The translations under genes were made by a program, and so were the position numbers. DNA of 63,842 nucleotides, filler included, from Octopus bimaculoides (lineage: Eukaryota): assembly GCF_001194135.2 (NCBI RefSeq). It is 7 parts of 6 records of this genome, joined end to end, with 100 filler letters (N's around TTAATTAATTAA, not from the genome) between each part and the next. Parts side by side here need not be neighbours in the genome. Positions count along the whole stretch, not along the records: positions 1 to 7,842 come from NW_026431238.1; positions 7,943 to 17,693 come from NC_068999.1; 5 more parts are not named here. One strand, written 5' to 3'. Shown here one piece after another: positions 1 to 14,398 of this stretch (its first letter is position 1; every line of letters starts with the position of its first letter). Under the pieces are notes generated by a model. It did not search any database. It had not been told where the DNA came from and worked only from the letters and a program-made list of their open reading frames with translations.

Positions 1-744
1 ATATATATATATATATATACATATATATATACGCATAGATTATCATTATTTTCATTTTTCACTCCTTCGAAGGTACAATCAGTACGGTTGTTGATTTAAG
101 AATACGTTGAGATATATTTAACCACGTTACAGTAACTTTCTGAGTTCAAATCCTGTGAGAGCTGACGAGACATAGCCTTTAAACCGGCCCACGGTATTCT
201 ACCTGCTTTATGCTCAAACTGGCCATATCTAGCCTCTCACACTTAACCTACAATGTCATTTCATAAATAAACAATCACATCCCTGAACTCTAAAAGCTAC
301 AAAATAATGGTGCTTGACAATTTCGAAACAAGTTGAATAAGCATTACATTTGACAGAATATACCATCAATGAAATAAGACTGGGCAGACTTTCGGTATCG
401 ATAAACGATATCATTCAACCTCTTTAATTTATGAAGGAACAAATGTATGAGCAAACGACGTCGTCTCCTAATACCGAAGGATTGCCAAGAGATTGATAGA
501 TATATATTCACGAGATTCGAAATTTTGGTGGGCCATATTTTTAGACTAAAATTTCAAGAGACGACTATTAAACGGGGCTGAGATTGAAGGAGTCATCTTA
601 AGTACTGTTTAAGTAGCGGAATCCCCAAATGACCCCTTGAAATGGGAAGATGGTGTAGCGGAAGGGAACTCATATTACAGTAAATTATTACTGATTAAAA
701 CATATTATGTAGCTTATATATATCATGCTTTGATGTGGTCCCTT

Positions 745-1075
745 TTAGTTTTCACTTGCTTCAGTCATTTGACTGTGGCCATGCTGGAGTAACACCTTGA
801 GGAATTTGAAGTCGAATTTTTTATTTTTTATTAAAGCCTAGTATTTATTCTATCGGTTTCTTTCGCCGATCCGCTAGTTTACGGGGAACGTAAACAAACC
901 AGCGCCGGTTGTTAAGCGGTGGCACGTTTTCGCCAATCAAATCCACTCACAAGGCTTTTGTTCGACCCGACGCTATGGTAAAAGACTACTTGCGCAAGGT
1001 GCCACGCAGTGAGATTGAACCTGGAACCATGATGTTGCGAAGCAATCTTTTTATCCCATAACCCCGCCTGTGCCT
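745..1075 (-). mobile_element. Family A SINE
   Basis: Tail TCAGTCATTTGACTGTGGCCATGCTGGAG and head CCACTCACAAGGCTT..AAGGTGCCACGCAGTG in reverse orientation. Confidence 0.75.
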
Positions 1076-1754
1076 GTTCATGTCAGATTAATTAATGTAT
1101 ATATATTTAGAGTAATTAACTACGGCGCTCCTACCACAAAGAACTTGAACCTTAGATTTTTATAGCAAAAACAACAATTCTTGTATTTCGTTACTCTAAA
1201 TATTCTTTGCTCTAGACACAAGGCCCGAACTTTTTGGGGGAGGGTGCNNNNNNNNNNNNNNNNNNNNNNNNNNNNNNNNNNNNNNNNNNNNNNNNNNNNN
1301 NNNNNNNNNNNNNNNNNNNNNNNNNNNNNNNNNNNNNNNNNNNNNNNNNNNNNNNNNNNNNNNNNNNNNNNNNNNNNNNNNNNNNNNNNNNNNNNNNNNN
1401 NNNNNNNNNNNNNNNNNNNNNNNNNNNNNNNNNNNNNNNNNNNNNNNNNNNNNNNNNNNNNNNNNNNNNNNNNNNNNNNNNNNNNNNNNNNNNNNNNNNN
1501 NNNNNNNNNNNNNNNNNNNNNNNNNNNNNNNNNNNNNNNNNNNNNNNNNNNNNNNNNNNNNNNNNNNNNNNNNNNNNNNNNNNNNNNNNNNNNNNNNNNN
1601 NNNNNNNNNNNNNNNNNNNNNNNNNNNNNNNNNNNNNNNNNNNNNNNNNNNNNNNNNNNNNNNNNNNNNNNNNNNNNNNNNNNNNNNNNNNNNNNNNNNN
1701 NNNNNNNNNNNNNNNNNNNNNNNNNNNNNNNNNNNNNNNNNNNNNNNNNNNNNN

Positions 1755-1800
<46 letters not shown>

Positions 1801-4100
1801 CCTATATGTATATATGCATGTGTATATGTTATAAATGTATACATACATGTACACGTTTGTAAAGTGTATATACTCGAGTCGATTCTTGTGGAAGCGTTTA
1901 TTTTGAATTTCGAAGTCAGTTTTAACGCAAACGCAAATCTTAGCGAACTCAAAACGTGCTTTATGTAAAATATACACGTCGCACATGTTTATACAACTTG
2001 ATAAACACTCAAAAAACATGTTTGTTTATGTGTGTGTGTGTGTATGTGTGTGTGTGTAAACCATTCCTCTCAGACACACACGGCTAATAACTAACTGGGG
2101 GCTACTTAGGGATAATGACACGAGGTACAACGGAGTTACATTTCAAAAGATCTTTGTAGAAGTGTCTGATTGTACAAAGTAAGATTTATCGTAAAAAAAA
2201 AGTTGCCACTTAAACACGTGACTATAATATATTAAAACATTAAAAGCTTAACTAAGGATACAAATAATTAATTGTTAGTTAATTGCATGACCTAGGCTTT
2301 TTAATTAACAACATGGTGAAACTGCTCTATAGAGTTTAGCTTAAACGATTGGTAGGGCTACATGTTCTCTCTGTGTTTACGAAGTTAGGTTCAAAACCAT
2401 GGCGTCTTTCATGCCTCTTGTAAACGTAGTCGAATGAAAGGAGCTGCCAGACGACCCGCTAGAAATATTAGCTAAGATCTTCCTCAAATCACGCTATTCG
2501 CCCCTTTTGTATTTTGAAAACGAGACATTGAATAAAGAGACGCTTGAAACGTTTTTCATAACAAACATGTCAGAGTTTATAAAATTTAGGCCACGTTAAA
2601 TAAACAGAGCTCAAACCTCTTTCGTTGCCCGCATTTCAGGAGCTGGCAAGACACAAGACTGATTTGCAGGGGTCAAAGACGAAAGGTAGAGCGATGTCAT
2701 GAAGGGACTAGATGAGAGAGAGAGAGAGAGAGCCCCTGGCGGCGGTGTACAACCGCAGTACCAAATCAAGGAGACTATATATGGAAGAGAATGTCGATTG
2801 TGTTCAGTGGTTTGGGAACAGTCATTCATTTATTCTACTCTATCAGGGATGACATAACAATCTCAATACAGGCTGTTAAGGACGGTGAACTGACAGAATC
2901 GATAGAGCGTCCGACAAAATAAAATACCTTACAGTATTTCTTCCAACTCTACGTTCCGATTTCAAACTCTATCGGAGTCAACTTTGCCTTTCATTCCACC
3001 CGGGTCGATAAAATAAGTACCAGTTAAATACATGGGGCAATGATATCGACTTACTCTTTCCCCTAAAACCCCTGGCCGTGTATATAAATCAGAAATCATT
3101 ATTAATTATGGGGCAATTAGGGGCCACTGGTTCCAAAATTTATTTTGTTAAATTCTTACATTTTTCTCCAAAAATTTAAAAATTCTAATGCAATTTTCCC
3201 CAAAATTACAGAATCCATATATTGTTTTCCAAAGAACTATGTACACTTTACAAACTGATTCCATCTTAATTATAATAAAACGTTATAAGAACCAAAATTT
3301 TTGAGAAAGTATTTATGTTATATAAAGACAAAACATAATGACATCCTAAGAATTTCTAAGCTTTCGAGAGAAAGTGAAGTAAATCTTTTTTTAGAATATT
3401 GGCTCTCGAAGTACATCACATAAAACTATATTATGTAAATGATGAGCTTTTCAACCCAATATTCACATGCTTGTTATAGCTATGTGGTGTTCTTCGAGAA
3501 CCAATATTCAAAGAAAGAATTAATTTAATAACTAAAATTTATTTTGAAAATTGTGTCCTTTTTAAATAAAATGAAATTTTATCAAAAAACATCTTATATT
3601 GCAGAGCTTTAGAATTTCTTTGACTGAAACCACGTTAACAAAACAATCCTATGGATGAACTATCGACTGCGATAGATTTTGGAATTCTTTGAGGGTTTTA
3701 TTTATTCATTCTTTTTTTTTTTTTTTGTTTTACAAAAATATAAACAGTTTTATCTTTAAATGAAATTAGCCTAATCTTTTCTATGAAACACTTACCTATA
3801 TATGTATATACNNNNNNNNNNNNNNNNNNNNNNNNNNNNNNNNNNNNNNNNNNNNNNNNNNNNNNNNNNNNNNNNNNNNNNNNNNNNNNNNNNNNNNNNN
3901 NNNNNNNNNNNNNNNNNNNNNNNNNNNNNNNNNNNNNNNNNNNNNNNNNNNNNNNNNNNNNNNNNNNNNNNNNNNNNNNNNNNNNNNNNNNNNNNNNNNN
4001 NNNNNNNNNNNNNNNNNNNNNNNNNNNNNNNNNNNNNNNNNNNNNNNNNNNNNNNNNNNNNNNNNNNNNNNNNNNNNNNNNNNNNNNNNNNNNNNNNNNN

Positions 4101-4141
<41 letters not shown>

Positions 4142-5755
4142 CATACACATACACACACATGTATACCCCAAAATGTTAGTCTTTGATCTTTGAATCAATC
4201 TGAAAACCAAGAGCGGTAAGCAACTTTATAGGGAACAGATGAATGGTAATGAGACTGGCTAGAATTTTAGCCATCAACTGATTGTGACTCATGAAATCAA
4301 AAATTTTGGTTAACATAAAGGGCGACGTGAATGGTTGAGTTGCGACAGGGCAAAGGGTGTTTAGAAATTAAGGGCTGTCTAAATCCCTAAATGGGAACAG
4401 ATTTGAACGTATCAACATCTGCTGAATTTCTTAGACGGTTACATCAAACAGTTCCTCTTATTCGGTTAGATCAAACAGTCTTTTGGAGAGCGCGCGCGCG
4501 CGCGTGTGTGTGTTAGTCAACAATAATTCCAGTTCGTTGTTTTATTCTGGTTTGTTCTTTTGTTTTTGTTCGAACATCTCTTTAGATCTATATGCTGTGA
4601 AGTTTTACAATTAATTCTACCTAACACGAAGAGCATTAACCAATTTTTTATATTTTGGCATCGTGCAGTCTTCAATTTTTTTTTTTTTTTCAAATTAATT
4701 ATAATTTCAGTTTAATTAATTATACATTTTTAAATTTCAGCATTGCAATTAATACTATTATTAATTTNNNNNNNNNNTTCTTTTTACGAGCTTTTGGTTT
4801 TTTTTTTTTTTTTCAAATTAATTATAATTTCAGTTTAATTAATTATACATTTTTAAATTTCAGCATTGCAATTAATACTATTATTAATTTTTGTATGAAA
4901 ATTTTTAGAGAGACCTTAGGAAGCCAAGCTAACAAATGAGCTTTTGTATTTGTATGACCACTCGATCTGCTAAACAAAACTGAAACCAATTCTTTCTCAA
5001 ATCACAGAGTTCCCATCTTATACAATTGAAAAGATGCATTTCATGTTCACGTCTCAGATACACAATCTATAGAAAATAAACAATGGAATGGCCACGACTG
5101 AGACGTCTTTGAGGATATATGTAAATGCTCAAAGATAAAAACTGAAGAATATTAACAATAGCAACATTAAAGAAAGAAAGAAAGACGGTAAACACACTTT
5201 GCTCCATGTTGGAATCAAGTCAAACGTAGTTTTCATTGAACCAGAAAAATGCCCTTAACTAGTAACATGGTTCTAGACAGAAATGTCCGTTCGCTGAGAA
5301 ATAATTGAATCTCAATAACTAGAAATGTTTCGGAAAATGAATATAATATTATTATCTTTCTAAACTTACGATACATATATCAACAAAAAACATTTTTGAA
5401 CAGTTATAAAAGAAAAAAAATAACGAACAGAGAATGTATAAAAATAACGTCAGACAGAAGACAAAATCGAATTGATAGAACGGTTTTTCTTTTATAAACC
5501 TAACAATGGGAAACCCAAATAAGACGAGTATTTAATATATATATAAAGGACAGGTCAATGTTATAAAGTGTGGACTAGAGACTGATTTGATTAAAAACGA
5601 GGTAAAAACAATCAGAAGATCTATATGGATATTGTAGTCAGAGAAAACTAAATTAGGTGACAGGAAGAACAGAAGACTTGACCGTAGGTTTCACTCAACA
5701 AGTTGATTTATTATTATCGTTACTGCTACTGCTACTGCTACTATACTACTACTAC

Positions 5756-5795
<40 letters not shown>

Positions 5796-7842
5796 GGAGT
5801 TGACCACAAGTTTCAAACAATAGGTAGATGTATTATATAATACAACATACAATCTGCGTGAGTAGTTCATTAAAGTTTTCATTGAAAACTTTTGCGAACA
5901 TGGTTTTCTCGGTCGACATTATTTATTTTCAGTTAGAAAACGCACACAAACATACACACATTCAAATATTATATAAGCTATGTATTATATTATGTTGCAT
6001 TTTATAAACGTATTACACGTGTGCGTTTTGCACACACAACACGCATCTATACACAAGTTCAGTTGTTCAATCTAGAATGTCTTTTCCTACAAAACTTAGT
6101 AATGTTTATAGAAAACGCGGAGTAACAACATGACGATCGAATCTCGCCCTTAGAATTACAAAAAAAAAAAAAACCTGTGTAATCTCTATGAACAGCATCC
6201 CTCTGAATGTCTCTCACGATAACCAAAACAATCCCTAAAATATTATCAAACCAACATTCGACCACAACTTGTCCAAGTCTAACAAAAGCTCTCTATGGCC
6301 AACTGCCTTTCTTTCTTTACATTATTATGTAAATGAAAGCAATATCCAAAACCTTTATACTAGGTCATATTTACTATATCTAAAATATAACTATGACAGT
6401 GTTTTCAAAATAGATGTCTCTCTAAGCTCTTAAAAGGCCATGCAAGGTCCTGCAAGTCCCATTACCTTATGGGAAAGGACATGAAGGCAAAAATGAAATT
6501 TTTCAGTCATAATACCCCGTTGTATTAAACAGAAATGTTTTTAAAATGAAGGGAAAACATTATTTTTACAACCCTTTATCAAGTATGGGACTTCGAAAGA
6601 CACCTCTTCTAAAACTCTGTCATCACAAGCAAAACCTTACCAACAGGTGAACATCAAATCTACAAGAGACGTCCTCTAGTTACAGCTACCAGAGCGGCTG
6701 CAACCTGTCTTTAAAAGGCTTACAAAAAAAAGCTATGGCCAACGACCGTTCAGTCTGTGTAGTATGTAAATGAAAGAAAAAAACCCTAAAATTATATATA
6801 TATATATAATGTACCTGTGTGTTAAGTTTGCGTATGCATTTACCTATCTAGCTGCATATGTGCATTTATACACAAATAGTGCAGCTTTAAAAGTTAGCTA
6901 ATAATATATTACAGTAAGTAAATGAGGTAGAAAAAAAATATCATGATAGGTTTCTTCAAAGATTATTGACGATTAAACTACACATGAGAAATAATTAAGA
7001 AAAATTATGGCGGTGCTCCAGTGCGGCCAGAATTCTTTGGCTGAAGAAACTAGAAATAAAGTTCCCATGACTGCGGCTAAAGAAAGTTTTAATGCTTAAC
7101 GAATGGCAACAATAACAATGATTAAGAATTTATAGTCATATGTGGAATTATGTTTGAGTGAAGATATTGTAAGAGATTGCAAGATGAAGTGAATAGAGAG
7201 AGATAGACGGATATGTAGAAAGACAGATTGGTAGGTAAGTAGGCAGGTAGATATAGATTGATAGAAAGGTAAAGTAAATAGATAGAGTCGATAGGTTTCG
7301 TGACACAAACAAGAAAACAGAACTCAATACAGGTACATCGGCAAAAGTTTCAATCACTCAAGGACCGAGAGTTTCGTTCATTGCCACTCTGTAATTACAG
7401 CTGATTTATAAAGAGATGGATAGATAGATAGATAGATAGATAGATAGAGAGGAAAGTATAGATAGAGAGAGGGATATAGACAGATAGATGGATAGATAGA
7501 TAGATAGATAGATGAGAGACATATAGAAGTGTGATATAAAAAGAAAGTACAAAAAAGAATGAGAGAAAAACCATGTTGTTTACGAAAGATAAACCAATAT
7601 TAAACGTAAATAACAAACAACAAAGATAAGCTGCTTACCTATCCGTAAGTTTTGAGGATTTGATCGGCTGTGAACAGTCCAGAACTGAGAATGGTATCCT
7701 CCAGTGCGCATTTGTCTGGCTGGGGAATTGTTCCCCGCCACACCCGTAGCAAGACCATTACAAATCCGGACAGGTGAGGGGGATCCAGAAGTAAGCATAG
7801 TTTTAATTTAAAAAAAAATTATTTATATATATATATATATAT

Positions 7843-7942
7843 NNNNNNNNNNNNNNNNNNNNNNNNNNNNNNNNNNNNNNNNNNNNTTAATTAATTAANN
7901 NNNNNNNNNNNNNNNNNNNNNNNNNNNNNNNNNNNNNNNNNN
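7843..7942. other. Assembly spacer (44 N + TTAATTAATTAA + 44 N); also at 17694-17793, 23308-23407, 34629-34728, 53501-53600 and 61236-61335
   Basis: Identical 100-bp construct six times; the 12-mer has stops in all six frames. Confidence 0.95.
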
Positions 7943-9241
7943 TATATACATAAACATATACGTACATACAGATACATATACATATATATGTGTGTACATA
8001 TATACGCAGATACAAAGAGAGACAGAAAAAGAAAGAGAAAGTGGGAGAGCAAGCGAGAGAGGAAGAGGAGAGAGAAGAGGAGGAGAGAAGAAGCAGAAGG
8101 AGAGAAGAAGCAGAAGGAGAGTGAGAAGGTGAGACTGATGCGAGAAGTAGGATGATGGGACTGTTAAGCCGAGTGACCGTGTTTGGTCAAATATTAAACG
8201 GATCGATAATTCAGCGAGTGGTCAATGGTTATGGTGTGTCAGCTTCGGAAGGACAGATGGAGGGGAAGGGGAGAAAAATGATGCAAATGGATGCAGTGCT
8301 AGAGAGACAGTAGTGGTGGTGGTAGTTGTGGTGGTGGTTGTTATTGTTGTGGTGATGATGGTGGTAGTGGCTGTTGGTGGTGGTGGTTGTTATTGTTGTG
8401 GTGATGATGGTGGTAGTGGTTGGTGGTAGTGAGAGGAAGAGAGGGAGAGAGAGAGAAACCAGCGAAGGAGATGGAGAGAGAGGGAGAGAGAAAGAAGAGT
8501 AGGGAGGGCTGCGGCAGAGAGGGGAGAGTCAGTGAGAGGGAGAGAGTGGGGAAAGAAGAGAGAGGGAGGCAATATACAGCAGGCGTTAAATTTTGAGTGT
8601 ATGAATGTATGAGTAAATGGTTTTCAATCTGTCATATAATTTGTATATACATTCATACACATATATATATATACGCATATATNNNNNNNNNNNNNNNNNN
8701 NNNNNNNNNNNNNNNNNNNNNNNNNNNNNNNNNNNNNNNNNNNNNNNNNNNNNNNNNNNNNNNNNNNNNNNNNNNNNNNNNNNNNNNNNNNNNNNNNNNN
8801 NNNNNNNNNNNNNNNNNNNNNNNNNNNNNNNNNNNNNNNNNNNNNNNNNNNNNNNNNNNNNNNNNNNNNNNNNNNNNNNNNNNNNNNNNNNNNNNNNNNN
8901 NNNNNNNNNNNNNNNNNNNNNNNNNNNNNNNNNNNNNNNNNNNNNNNNNNNNNNNNNNNNNNNNNNNNNNNNNNNNNNNNNNNNNNNNNNNNNNNNNNNN
9001 NNNNNNNNNNNNNNNNNNNNNNNNNNNNNNNNNNNNNNNNNNNNNNNNNNNNNNNNNNNNNNNNNNNNNNNNNNNNNNNNNNNNNNNNNNNNNNNNNNNN
9101 NNNNNNNNNNNNNNNNNNNNNNNNNNNNNNNNNNNNNNNNNNNNNNNNNNNNNNNNNNNNNNNNNNNNNNNNNATATATATATATATATACATACATAGA
9201 CATATATAGTTATGATTATACATACATATGTGTGTGTATAC

Positions 9242-9279
<38 letters not shown>

Positions 9280-10129
9280 ATACATGTACATAGGCACATA
9301 TGTAGATATATACATACACGTATATATTATAGAGTGGTAAACACAACACACACACACACACACACACACACTCATATACATAGCTATTTATGCACATTCA
9401 ATTATATGCATGAATGTGTTGTATGTGGCTGTAAACACTGTTAGATCGTATTGATATTTCTAGCGAAAATAGATGCTTGTCTGAGTATGAGAATATAGTT
9501 CTTGTTATACTACTCTGGTACCATATACGTTTCGTTATGGATACGCATGTATATATGTGCTGTCTTCCAATGAATCTAGTGCTCTTAGCTTAGACTTTCC
9601 GCGGGCCTGGCCAGATTGCAGCAGTTTGGAGTATAACTACCCGAAACTGCCAAAATGATCTGGAACTCGACTGAGGAAAGAAAACTCTGAATAAACAAGT
9701 CTTTGTCTTTTCTTGTCCCCAGAATGTAACGGCAGAAGAAATACCGCTAAGCATTTCGCCCGGCGTGCTAACGTTTCTGCCAGCACGCCGCCTTAACTAT
9801 GACACTATATTACTGTCTCATGTGCTCAAGTTTTATTTATCTTTCAGTAAAATTATTTAGAAAGACTACATTTGAGATATTTTTATCCTTTTCTATTTCT
9901 AATGTTCCCACGGAGTCCATTCTGGTGCATTCTGGGCGAAAAATGTTATCTGTATGTATTTATAATGTATACAAACTCAAATAGAACTTAGTTGGTGTGT
10001 CCAATTTGCATAATTGCGTGGGCGTTGGTTTTGTATAGCCGATAGCGTCAAATAAAATAATGCGTGTATGTACATATATATATACACGATAAATATCTTC
10101 ATATAAACATATATGTATATATATGTATC

Positions 10130-10173
<44 letters not shown>

Positions 10174-10559
10174 NNNNNNNNNNNNNNNNNNNNNNNNNNN
10201 NNNNNNNNNNNNNNNNNNNNNNNNNNNNNNNNNNNNNNNNNNNNNNNNNNNNNNNNNNNNNNNNNNNNNNNNNNNNNNNNNNNNNNNNNNNNNNNNNNNN
10301 NNNNNNNNNNNNNNNNNNNNNNNNNNNNNNNNNNNNNNNNNNNNNNNNNNNNNNNNNNNNNNNNNNNNNNNNNNNNNNNNNNNNNNNNNNNNNNNNNNNN
10401 NNNNNNNNNNNNNNNNNNNNNNNNNNNNNNNNNNNNNNNNNNNNNNNNNNNNNNNNNNNNNNNNNNNNNNNNNNNNNNNNNNNNNNNNNNNNNNNNNNNN
10501 NNNNNNNNNNNNNNNNNNNNNNNNNNNNNNNNNNNNNNNNNNNNNNNNNNNNNNNNNNN

Positions 10560-10613
<54 letters not shown>

Positions 10614-11321
10614 TGAGAAAGTGTGAGATCTGTGGGCGGAGAAAATGAATCCTACACGTAGAAATGGAAAGTTTGTGCAGATCAATAAATAAATCATATT
10701 GATGCTTAATTGCTCAATTAATCATTTACAATAACAATTGAGTGTGGAGCTATTTCACTCTCTAAGCATTTGTTCATCGCTATCGCCACACCCTCCCTTT
10801 CTCCCTGTTTCTATTTGTCTCTCCAATTTTCCCCCTGCTTCTCTCTTTTCTCTCTCTCTCTCTCTTTGTTTCTCTGTATATATATTCACCAGAACCTATA
10901 TATTTTCTTTCCGTCTCACTCTTTTCTTATCTCTCTCTATCCTTCTGCTTCTTTCTGTCTCCTTTTTTCCTCTTTCTCTCTCCTTTACAACCTCTCTCTC
11001 CCACCTTCTCTCTCTCTATGTCGCTCTCTATCGTTCGTTATATATGCATCAATCTAGCTTTTTCTTGCCTTCTCATTCAGTCTATTCCTCTATCTCTCTT
11101 TCTCCCCCTCTCTCTCTCTCTATCTCTCTCCCAATCTTTCTCTCTCTGCCTCGCTACATCTCTCTCTACATACGACTGTGGATATGGTCGCTCCTCTATG
11201 TGAGAATGCGTACTCTCGTAAGTGAGAGTACATATATGTGTGTGTATATGTGTGTGTGTGTGAACACATATATATTAAATATGTTTCCTTGTATACCGTT
11301 GGATCAAAGAATAAAGCCTAC

Positions 11322-11443
11322 GTTTTGATGTAGGCAATATTTGGGACCCATCGGTATTACTCGCTGTACAGTTGAATATCTCTGTATAGTGAAATCCGAT
11401 ATAATTGTTGGATGGTACATTGATACCTCCTGCCACATTTTGC
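11322..11443 (-). CDS. Candidate 122-nt exon
   Basis: Long pyrimidine tract ending CCAAG| and weak donor |GTAGGC. Two open frames (KMWQEVSMYHPT.. and QNVAGGINVPSNNYIGFHYTEIFNCTASNTDG..). Confidence 0.25.
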
Positions 11444-12754
11444 CTTGGATGCAGAGATGTGAGAGTGAGAAAGAGAAACAGAGATACAGGATGAAGGGAG
11501 AAGAGAGAGAGAATAAGTAGTAGAAAGAGCAAATATCAGATTAATTATGAGGACAATCATACAAATTGTAAAAAATATTTTTTATAGCTTTCTTTTATTG
11601 TAATGAATATTTTTTGTTTCAAAACTTAGTATTTATTTGATCATTTTGTATAAGCACCACAAGAATATTTCCTGATTTTACCCACGGTAGCAACATCATA
11701 CTTCCAAATTTATCTGTTATATGACGGGTAACGTTCTGGTATAAATATAATATGTAACATAGTACGACATGCTCCACTGAATAGAATTACATGAATGTAA
11801 ATGTAAATCTATACAGTGAAGCAAGTTTTAAATATCTTAAATTATTGATCTGCCTTCCTTTAACATATTTAACAGTTGCAATGTGTTAACATAATCGAGT
11901 GTTAAATATCTTTAAACATGAATAATTGTTAGAAAGGTTCGTTTAAGATTCCGATACTTAAGTATTGATTAATCTTCGATAATTGCATGATAATTTTCCT
12001 GTGTTTTTATTTATGATCATTAACGGACGAATGAGGTTAAATAACATAAAAATTTCATTGAATCGGACCTCTAAATAGCTAATTTGATCGACTACTCTAC
12101 AGTGAAGCAGAGGTCGTTATAATGCATCAAGCAATGCAACGTTTCCAAATATAAAACTTGCTGCCTGCCGTAAATGATGCTATCTCCTCCTTGGTAATAA
12201 ATAAGCAGCGACTCTATAAAAATCAAGTGATAAATGTCTTCTGGGATAAAAGATTTTGAGTATAACTTATTCTAAAGGTCAGGCCTTAGGCATCAAATTG
12301 GTAGAGTCGTTCGATTGTCGAATAAATTTCTTTGCTGTATTCGTTTTGGTACTTTCATGCGATGTATTAAAAGCCCCGAAAGGGCAAATTTGGTTTTCAT
12401 TCTATTGATATTGATAAATAAAAATTTTTCTCGTGATCTTTCTGTTTGTTTCTTTTCTTCCTGGAAGATATCGGCTGCCGTGAGACATGGAAAGGGATGG
12501 GCGCCCATCGGAAAAAAGTGTCCACTTCGTACCGTATATCATGGCAAGGTAAAAGTTAGAAACTGTTAGAAAATATGTGGAGTCTAAGAAATTATATCGT
12601 TAAATCAAGCGTAATATTATGGTGTCCCGGTTTTAGACAAAAGACCTGACAATCAAAGATGTCAGTCTCAGGATGTCAACGTGATTTACAATTTTTTTAT
12701 GCATTGATGATTAATCAACGGGTTGAGAAATGAGTTGCGACATCACTGGTGCTC

Positions 12755-12880
12755 ATCGACGAGCAAGTGTATTAGTTTGACGCTTGGGAAAATGAAAAAG
12801 TCTTTTACGTTTCGAGCCTATGCTCTTCAACAGAAAAGAATAAGAGAAAATAAACAGAGAGAATGAAAGAAAAAAGTTGT
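12755..12880 (-). mobile_element. Short PLE-derived repeat, family D (HHR-like core), copy 1
   Basis: Shares CTG(T/C)(T/C)GAAGAGC.TAGGCTCGAAAC.TAAAAGACTTT..TTCCC.AGCGT.AAACTAATACA with four other copies in the window. Confidence 0.7.
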
Positions 12881-12940
12881 AGATTTCAGCGGTCTTGTAT
12901 AGTGAATATATATATATACATACATACATACAGACAGACA

Positions 12941-12975
<35 letters not shown>

Positions 12976-14087
12976 ATATATATATATATGACTTCGGTCA
13001 ATCCGAGAATATAGTGTAGATATTAAACCAAGTTGGCACACATTAGGACTGAACCCAGAACCACATGCTTCTGAAGCAAGGCTCCTTACCACAGAGTCAC
13101 GCATGCGCTAGTACCAGACAATAATTTCTCTTTATCATGCTTTGTTTTTATTGTTATTTCTGTTAAGCCCTGGGACTCATAAGGCCGGTTACCATGTTAC
13201 CAACATCACAAATAACCCCTGAACAAGTGGACGGTCTGCTGCGGGGCACCAGGCCAGTAATTCAACGGAGAGAGAACATCCCCACACCCAGTGCTTGACT
13301 AGTACCCCATTTTATTAACCCATGAAGGGACGAAAAATAAAGCTGACTACAAAGAGATTTCTAGTACTCCATTTTATTAACCCCTGAAGGGACAAAAAGC
13401 AACGTTGACCGCGGCGATATTCGAACGCAGATTGCAAAACCATTTTGTCCGACGTGCTAATAATTCAGCCAGTTCACTGCTAAATATTATTTTTAGGAAC
13501 GTAACATTTATTCAGACGGGAAACAAAACTGCGTAGCAAATATTAGCCAAGTGCAAGTATACAACAACAAGGAGGCTTGCACTTAAAAATCTCGGAGAAA
13601 AATTAACCGGTCAATAGCTAAAGGTTAACGTTTAATTGTGAAACAATGTAGAAATAAATATTATGATCAAAACAAACGTAGAATTAGTTAAATATATAAG
13701 GGAGGGCAGTCAGTAATTATGATATATTTTGGTGGCGGAGAATTTAGTTGTCATCTAATAGCAATTAAGGAAATGATTTAGACATTAGTTTGAAGAGAGC
13801 AGAGAGGCCGTATGACATGGGAGTTGCATTATGTCAGTAATGTGGAATGTGGCGAACGAACAAACTGACTTACTGAATCGGATAACAGGCGGGCTGGTCC
13901 GTTTGTAATAATAGTCCTACACTCACAAATGCAAACACACACATACACACATACTGACACACGCACAGAGACACACACACACGTATATGAAAATATATAT
14001 ATGGCTGCATGTCTGCTGTATATTTACATATGTGTGTGTGTGTATGTATATACATATATATATATATATGTATATATGTGTGTGTTC

Positions 14088-14199
<112 letters not shown>

Positions 14200-14359
14200 G
14201 CACAAATGCCGCGGTGTCAATGTATGTGAGTGTGTGTGTAGAGTGTATACGTATGTGTATATTCAAACAAATAAATACAAAACCATACGCACACGTATGC
14301 ATATACTGCATTATGGACATACGTATATAAGTATATATAATTACATATATACGTAGATA

Positions 14360-14398
<39 letters not shown>

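Noticed and set aside
152-240. CTGACGA followed by a possible helix and AAAC (hammerhead-like)
   Set aside because: No GAAA and no proper cleavage triplet or helix III; the downstream part looks like a common MITE fragment.
4675-4890. Exact ~90-bp direct repeat; similar case at 43020-43300
   Set aside because: Identical copies flank a 10-N gap, typical of an unmerged contig overlap.
9668-9712. CTGAGGA-AAG-AAAA-CTC.. hammerhead-like start
   Set aside because: Helix II is marginal, and GAAA and helix I cannot be placed; at most a decayed PLE terminus.
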